From a virus (Duplodnaviria; Caudoviricetes), in the IMG/VR virus record IMGVR_UViG_3300025803_002419, positions 1 through 32,006 of that record: a stretch of DNA of 32,006 bases; one strand, written 5' to 3'. Shown in pieces: positions 26,478 to 32,006 of the stretch (its first letter is position 1; every line of letters begins with the position of its first letter). The notes below the pieces were generated by a model that made no database searches, was not told the DNA's origin, and saw nothing but the letters and a program-made list of their open reading frames with translations. The position numbers and the translations under genes were made by a program.

Positions 26478-28071
26478 TTAATCTCGCCAATCGATCGAAG
26501 CCGCGACTTTCACGCCTTCGAGGTTTACTAGTCCGCTGCGTTTCGTCAACTCGGCGGAATGCACGCGCGCGCCAATGGTTGAGCATCTGAGTCGTCGTGT
26601 CGACCTGGTCCATGTAGACAACGCCAGGCACGCCGACGAGCTCGTGAAGCCAAGTCTCGACGCTATTATCGGAGGAGGCGCTCGGAAACTCGACAGGAAG
26701 TCGCACGTTTCCCGCCTCGAAGATCGGCGACACAGCCCGAAGACGTTCGATTTTTTCTCCGTCGCCGCTGCCGACCTTGACCGGAACGACGCCCGGAACC
26801 TGCTCGGAAAGTACCTCGACGATCGCGAGCCCGTCGCCTTTCGCCTCGACAAGCTTTCGCGTTGCCCTCGGCCACCTGAGAGCCATCGCCTTCAACTCGT
26901 TCGTCGTCTCGACAAAGGACCAGCGCCCGCGACGCTGGTCGACGAGCCAGAACGTCGCATTGTGGCGAATCCAGACCTGAATGACGGCATAGGCTGACTT
27001 TGGATTCTTCGAGCCCGCTTTCGGATCAACGCTGATGCACCATTCGCCTTTCTCGACGACGACACCAGGCAGCTCGCCATATCTCGCGCGCTGGTCGACC
27101 CATGCGCGCTTGACGATTCCGCCCTCGTCAGGTTGCGGATTTTGGTTTTGCTGCGTCTCGAAATCTCTGCTTCCGAGCGTCATCTTTAAAAACTCGAGCT
27201 CCTCGGCTCCGACTCTCATCGGGTCGAGCGACTCGCCGAGCTCCGTCCGTGGATCTTCCCAGCCGAGCACGGTGACACACGATCGCCTCGGGTCGTATTC
27301 CAGCGGCAGACAAAGCACGTCGAAACCCCAGTCACGAGCGGTCGCCGACGGATCGTTGACATGCGTTCGCTGCCCGACGTGAATCCATCGCGCCGAGCGC
27401 AAGTCGTTCACGCGAGTCGGAAGCACGCGCTCGAAGTGGTCGAGCGCCCGTTGACGCTCGGGCTCGGAATATGCTCGCTGCACGTCGAGAAGGTCGTCGG
27501 TGATCAGGCAGTCGCCGCGATGACCTGTCACGCTAGAGCCGACCGACAGCGCGACCATGTGCCCGCCCGCGGTGTTTTTGAAAAACACTTTCTCCGACTG
27601 GTCATCAGCGAGCGACCACCGTTGCGGCGCGTCGCCCGAATGACCGCGCGACACGTCGAGCGCCCAGCCTGAAGCGAACAGTCGTCGGTAATCCGGGTCG
27701 ACGATGATGTCGCGCCGCTTGCCGCTGTCGCGCTTGCTGAGAGTGTGCGAGTGAGTCGAGCAGAGAAGTCGCCAGTGCGGCTCGCGCGCCCATTGCCACG
27801 CTGGCCACATAACAGCGCACGAGATCGACTTCGTGAACCCTGTCGGCAGCTCGATCGACAGTCGCCGAATATCGCCTCGACTGACCGCTTCGAGATGCTC
27901 GCAAATCGCGTCATGGTGCCAGCCCCACTCGAGCCGCGTTCCGGGCTCGATGATGTCCCACGCCCAGCGATAAAAGATCGGCAGCGACTCAACCGCTTGA
28001 ATCGCCATTTCTTCCTCAAAGGCTGCGAGGTTTCGAGCCGAGCCCGATATCAGATCTCGACTAGTCGCCAT
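26458..28071 (-). CDS. terL: Terminase large subunit
   Basis: WHHDAICEHLEAV, LPTGFTKS (Walker A-like), TGHRGDCLITDDL, QRTHVND, SVDP, LVEAKGDG, DQVDTTTQ. Confidence 0.95.
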   Translation of the reverse strand: MATSRDLISGSARNLAAFEEEMAIQAVESLPIFYRWAWDIIEPGTRLEWGWHHDAICEHLEAVSRGDIRRLSIELPTGFTKSISCAVMWPAWQWAREPHWRLLCSTHSHTLSKRDSGKRRDIIVDPDYRRLFASGWALDVSRGHSGDAPQRWSLADDQSEKVFFKNTAGGHMVALSVGSSVTGHRGDCLITDDLLDVQRAYSEPERQRALDHFERVLPTRVNDLRSARWIHVGQRTHVNDPSATARDWGFDVLCLPLEYDPRRSCVTVLGWEDPRTELGESLDPMRVGAEELEFLKMTLGSRDFETQQNQNPQPDEGGIVKRAWVDQRARYGELPGVVVEKGEWCISVDPKAGSKNPKSAYAVIQVWIRHNATFWLVDQRRGRWSFVETTNELKAMALRWPRATRKLVEAKGDGLAIVEVLSEQVPGVVPVKVGSGDGEKIERLRAVSPIFEAGNVRLPVEFPSASSDNSVETWLHELVGVPGVVYMDQVDTTTQMLNHWRARAFRRVDETQRTSKPRRRESRGFDRLARLSGRSNS

Positions 28072-28669
28072 CTTCGACCGCTGAAACGTCGATCACACCC
28101 TCGAGCCCGCCTGGTGGCAACTCGTGCCCGAATGCCCTTGCGACGCGCGCGAAGCGTGACGCCCGCTCCTCGGGCGTGAGCTGCGACACGCCGACGAGGA
28201 GCCGATTCGGCTGACCATAGCCCCGCGTTTTTCCTTTCGTATCGAGGAGATATTTGATCGCCCTCATGTCGCCGCCGAGCACCTGCTCGATCAGTTTGTG
28301 CTCGGCGGTGTCGAGCAGAATCTCGACCGCCTCGTCGAACGCTGCCGCGACCGTTGCATTTTCTTTGATCCATCTGTCGAGCAGTGCGCGACTGATTCCG
28401 AGCCGCTTTGCGATCGACGTCTTTATGCCGAGCCCCTGCGCGATAGCGTCCAGAACTTGATCTTCTGACAGCGATCCGAACGTGCGCGCGCGCGCCCGAT
28501 CTGTTTTGACGACGCCCGCTCGCTTGTCTGCTTTCGCTCGTCGGTCGCGCTTGCGCTTTGCCTCGGCTCGACAATCTGCCGAGCAGTACCTCGCCCGCGC
28601 GTTCAGTCCGTCGAGACTTTCGTCGCACGTCGCACACTGTCGATTCGAGCTCGTCGCCGCTGCCATCAT
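28061..28669 (-). CDS. Putative terminase small subunit (Zn-finger plus HTH)
   Basis: Directly upstream of terL; IAKRLGISRALLDRW HTH; AIKYLLDTKGKTRGY; N-terminal CxxC...YCSxxC. Confidence 0.72.
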   Translation of the reverse strand: MMAAATSSNRQCATCDESLDGLNARARYCSADCRAEAKRKRDRRAKADKRAGVVKTDRARARTFGSLSEDQVLDAIAQGLGIKTSIAKRLGISRALLDRWIKENATVAAAFDEAVEILLDTAEHKLIEQVLGGDMRAIKYLLDTKGKTRGYGQPNRLLVGVSQLTPEERASRFARVARAFGHELPPGGLEGVIDVSAVEDGD

Positions 28670-30072
28670 TGCCCGCCGTCGCCCTCAACTTCCTTAAACG
28701 TGCGACCGTCACCCTCGAGCGTCGCATTCGAGCCCGTGAAAGCCTCCCACCGACGAACGATGACGTCGACGTAGGCTGGCGAGATTTCCATGCCGCGGCC
28801 GCGTCGGGACTCATTCTCGCACGCAACCAGCGTAGTTCCGCTGCCCATGAACGGGTCGAACACTACATCACCGGGGTCGCTAAACGCGCGGACGAACCAC
28901 GCTGGCAACTCCACGGGAAATGCAGCGGAGTGATTGCCAGTGGACGCTGATGCGATCTCCAACACGTTCGACGGGCGCGCGACTCCTTTGCTAGAAGGCA
29001 ACGCCCGAGACGACCCGAGCAACCCACTGCCAGTCGACGCGGTGCCGTTATCCGGCGAGTACTCGAAGACAGCGTTGCTCGCAGTCCCGTTAGCCAATGG
29101 GTTGAACTTGACACCGCCTCCGCGGGTGAAATGAAACACGGGCTCCCACGCGTCCTTGAAACGATTGCTCCAAAAACCAGGGACGCCGTTCTTCGTGTCC
29201 CTCCAGCAGAACTCGTCAACGAAGTGCCACCCCCATTGGCGGACATGTGTGATGGTCAGGTCCTTGACGTAGAGATGGCGCTGCCCGTCGTGGCAATGCT
29301 CTTTGATGTTGACGAACCACGATCCGTCGTCGGCAAGGACGCTCAGGACATTACACTGGACTGCATCGAACCACTTCGCATACTCACCAGGAGGGATCGG
29401 CTTGAATGTCGTGGTCTCGTCGTACTTCCGCTGTGACGCATAGGGGGGTGAAGTAAACGCCACTGTCACTCGGTCGCTTCCGATAAGTGCGCCAACGTCT
29501 GACGCGTTACGACAGTCCCCGCACATCACCCGGTGCTTGCCCATCACCCACACGTCGCCCTCGCGCGTCACCGGGTCGGCCTGCACTTCTGGAACGTCAT
29601 CAGGGTCCGTTTCGCCCTCGGTCGCTAGCATCGATGCGACCTGCTTCTCATCGAAGCCGAGCAGATCCACGTCGAAGCCTGCGTCGAACAGTTCGCCGAG
29701 CTCGAGCGGAAGCAGGTCGGTATCCCAGCCCGCGTTCAGTGCGAGTTGATTGTCGGCGAGCACGTACGCTCGGCGCTGTGTCGGCGTTAGATGCGACAGC
29801 CTAACGACCGGAACCTCGACGAGCCCGACCGATTGTGCCGCCATCATTCGACCGTGTCCCGCGATGACCCCAAGGTCGTCGTCGATCAGAATCGGATTCG
29901 TAAATCCGAATTCTTTCATCGAAGCCGAGATCTGCTCGACCTGGTGATCGGAGTGCGTTCGCGCGTTTCGCTCGTATGGCACGAGCTCCGAAATCTTGAC
30001 GAGCTCGAGCCCGACAGGAATCGCAATCGAGCCGTGTTCGCTCGTCGTCGGCTTCTGCTTTTTCTTTGTCAT
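28666..30072 (-). CDS. ParB-like domain fused to DNA methyltransferase (probably N4-cytosine)
   Basis: LVPYERNARTHS..FGFTNPILID..IAGHGR..LADN (ParBc); TSPPY; HSAAFP; DPFMGSGTT. Confidence 0.93.
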   Translation of the reverse strand: MTKKKQKPTTSEHGSIAIPVGLELVKISELVPYERNARTHSDHQVEQISASMKEFGFTNPILIDDDLGVIAGHGRMMAAQSVGLVEVPVVRLSHLTPTQRRAYVLADNQLALNAGWDTDLLPLELGELFDAGFDVDLLGFDEKQVASMLATEGETDPDDVPEVQADPVTREGDVWVMGKHRVMCGDCRNASDVGALIGSDRVTVAFTSPPYASQRKYDETTTFKPIPPGEYAKWFDAVQCNVLSVLADDGSWFVNIKEHCHDGQRHLYVKDLTITHVRQWGWHFVDEFCWRDTKNGVPGFWSNRFKDAWEPVFHFTRGGGVKFNPLANGTASNAVFEYSPDNGTASTGSGLLGSSRALPSSKGVARPSNVLEIASASTGNHSAAFPVELPAWFVRAFSDPGDVVFDPFMGSGTTLVACENESRRGRGMEISPAYVDVIVRRWEAFTGSNATLEGDGRTFKEVEGDGGQ

Positions 30073-30665
30073 TCAATACCTCTGTCGCCCCGAAGGCGTG
30101 CTTTGAGCTCGTGCTCGTCGATCTTGCCCGTCTGCATTGCCCACGCGAGAAACTCTGCGGGCGCGGGATCATGCGCGGCATTCCGCTCGGCCCATCCCAA
30201 ATCATGACCGCAAGCAATCGCGCGACGCAGCCACCATGAACCCGACGCCTGGTGAAACGCGTCGATCGTCTCCTGATAAATCCTCGCGGGCAGTCCCTCG
30301 AGGTCGTGCGACGACTCTTCGCAGTGCAACGCCCACAGCGCACAACGCGCCGCCCGAAGGTTAGCGCGCAGGCGGCACGGTTCCGCCGCTTTCCGGGTCG
30401 ACTCGGCACGTCGTCGAGCCTCCCTGATGCACTCGACGAGGAACACCACATCAGCGATTGACGCCGAAGCAGGGTCGCGGGCGATGATGTCGACACGTCG
30501 TCGCCAGCCTGTCGGACCCGTTCGCCGATTTATCCCGAGCCGCTTTCGCGCGAGCCGAACTGCCATTGGCGTCGTGTTCATTCGCGCCGCGATCACCTCG
30601 TCGCGAAGCACGCCGAGCCCGTCGACATCTTCCCACGCTATCTCGTCGAGGTGCGGCTCCGTCAT
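30069..30665 (-). CDS. Hypothetical protein with an N-terminal HTH-like motif
   Basis: LGVLRDEVIAARMNTTPMAVRLARKRLGI; coupled to both neighbours. Confidence 0.65.
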   Translation of the reverse strand: MTEPHLDEIAWEDVDGLGVLRDEVIAARMNTTPMAVRLARKRLGINRRTGPTGWRRRVDIIARDPASASIADVVFLVECIREARRRAESTRKAAEPCRLRANLRAARCALWALHCEESSHDLEGLPARIYQETIDAFHQASGSWWLRRAIACGHDLGWAERNAAHDPAPAEFLAWAMQTGKIDEHELKARLRGDRGIE

Positions 30666-31111
30666 CAGTCGCTCAACTCTGCGATCGTGACTCGCACCCG
30701 TGGTCGAGCGTCGACCCCGTGATATAGCTTGCGAACCGCTAGCGCGAACACTTGCGAGTCGTCGCGATACCAGTCCGACAGCGCGTCGAGCACAGACTTC
30801 GCGACGTTGTCCGCGTCAGGTCGTGACGACATCGGAAGCGGGCCTTCTTCATATCCTCCGAGCAGCTCGCCCGTTCGCTTTGATCGCCTGCTCATCTTCT
30901 GAGGTCGCGGAAAATACGCCGTGATTGCCACGCGAAGCGGCCCCGTCATGAGCTCCTCGGGTCGGTGCTTTCGAGCCAATAGCGCAAAGGACGCTTCCCA
31001 ATTTCGAGTTTTTGCAGGCGTGAACATTCGAGCCTTGCCGCCGATTGACGCGGCACGAGGTCGCCCTTTGCCGTGCGGCGCAATGTCGACCGTGAAGTCG
31101 ATCGGCGTCAT
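30665..31111 (-). CDS. rusA: RusA-family Holliday junction resolvase
   Basis: PHGKGRPR, FTPAKTRNWE, RPDADNVAKSVLDAL and DDSQV motifs. Confidence 0.92.
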   Translation of the reverse strand: MTPIDFTVDIAPHGKGRPRAASIGGKARMFTPAKTRNWEASFALLARKHRPEELMTGPLRVAITAYFPRPQKMSRRSKRTGELLGGYEEGPLPMSSRPDADNVAKSVLDALSDWYRDDSQVFALAVRKLYHGVDARPRVRVTIAELSD

Positions 31112-31305
31112 AGGCTGACCCGTTGCGAGCCGTTTTCGATGGCGAGGTCGACCACCTTTGTCGGCGACGGAGCGCCCCAGTAATGGAGCGTCAGAATAGC
31201 GCCCGCTCGCGTCCGGTATTCCTCGCGCGTCGGTTTGCCTGGATTATAAAGCACGAGCCGAATCCGGTTTTCGCCCTCTGCTGTGATCATAGCGTGCCGC
31301 GTCAT
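31108..31305 (-). CDS. Small hypothetical protein
   Basis: ATGA overlaps on both sides. Confidence 0.6.
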   Translation of the reverse strand: MTRHAMITAEGENRIRLVLYNPGKPTREEYRTRAGAILTLHYWGAPSPTKVVDLAIENGSQRVSL

Positions 31306-31991
31306 CGAATCCGCCTCTCGACTGAAGCGACCGCCGACGCATAGCGGGCGCCCGCCTTCGGCGAGCTCGAGCAGCCGCGCCGCCCTGCGTTATAACATCG
31401 CAGCGCTCGTCGTTCGGGCATTTCGTCGAGGAGCTCGGCGAGGTGGCGAACACCAGCGTCGACGAGCGCGCGGGCAGTCAAGCACGCTCGCCAGCCGAAA
31501 AGCGTTCGACAATGGTATCGCTGCTTGACCTGAAGCGCTCCGCAAGCGCCCGAGGAGCTGCAAACGTACGGCCGGAAATCCGACTCGACAGAAGCGACCG
31601 ACAGCACGAGCGCCGCTCGGACGTCATGGCGATCCGCCGCGCTGGCGACGAGCTCGCAGGTTTTGAGCGCCCATGACGGCTCGGGCGTCGATGTCGCGCC
31701 CCAATCGTGATCGATAGCGGCAGCGCATAGCGGCGACGCTGCGACGGGTGACGCTAGGGCGAGGAGTGCGAGGAACGCGAAGACGAGCGACCCGATCGGG
31801 TTGGCACAATTGGGGCACCGTCGCCCGATCTCGATCCATTGTTCGTCAGTCATCGGTGATCCTGTTTTGCCCACCCGCACGCTGTGTCGCAGCCGGCGAC
31901 CGGATTCTTGCGTAAGGTTGTAAGCCGTGCGCTCGTCGTCCTTCCATGAGAGTCGCCACACACGGCCGTCGCGGTCGGGCATTGTGCGCAT
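31302..31991 (-). CDS. Lytic transglycosylase (SLT domain) with a signal-like hydrophobic segment; start uncertain (alternative ATG at 31853)
   Basis: VASVESDF, SSSGACGALQV, GVRHL and YNAG SLT motifs; LVFAFLALLALASPVAA upstream. Confidence 0.85.
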   Translation of the reverse strand: MRTMPDRDGRVWRLSWKDDERTAYNLTQESGRRLRHSVRVGKTGSPMTDEQWIEIGRRCPNCANPIGSLVFAFLALLALASPVAASPLCAAAIDHDWGATSTPEPSWALKTCELVASAADRHDVRAALVLSVASVESDFRPYVCSSSGACGALQVKQRYHCRTLFGWRACLTARALVDAGVRHLAELLDEMPERRALRCYNAGRRGCSSSPKAGARYASAVASVERRIR

Positions 31992-32006
31992 GCCGGCGGA
32001 CCACCA

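Larger units (their letters stand above)
1..32006. mobile_element. Tailed phage/prophage genome segment (siphovirus-like; Mu-like head genes, lambda-like replication module)
   Basis: Contiguous terminase-portal-protease-capsid-tail-lysis order plus replication, recombination and methylase genes; no host housekeeping genes; many overlapping start/stop codons. Confidence 0.95.

Noticed and set aside
28666-30072. ParB domain as a plasmid partition system
   Set aside because: No parA or parS seen; ParB-methylase fusions next to terminase genes are common in phages

Overview
The window is a gene-dense, GC-rich segment of a tailed dsDNA phage or prophage with a siphovirus-like layout. Most genes are on the minus strand. 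Reading right to left: secreted SLT transglycosylase, RusA resolvase, ParB-DNA methyltransferase fusion, TerS/TerL, a long fused portal plus head-morphogenesis protein, Mu-I-like protease/scaffold, decoration protein, major capsid, head-tail joining genes, tail tube, tail assembly chaperones with a clear GGGAAAC -1 frameshift site, tape measure, tail tip genes, endolysin and a chain of small membrane or lipoprotein genes. A short plus-strand early block (4836-7270) holds a RecT-like gene and three small genes that share a repeated leader/start cassette. It is transcribed away from a divergent promoter region containing three 17-bp tandem repeats next to a LexA-DNA-binding-domain-only regulator. 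The leftward block continues with a second methyltransferase, a lambda-O-like initiator with internal iterons, a DnaC/IstB-like loader and an ExoVIII/RecE-like nuclease. No integrase, tail sheath, tRNA or CRISPR array was seen. All assignments come from motif recognition and synteny by eye; no database searches were run.
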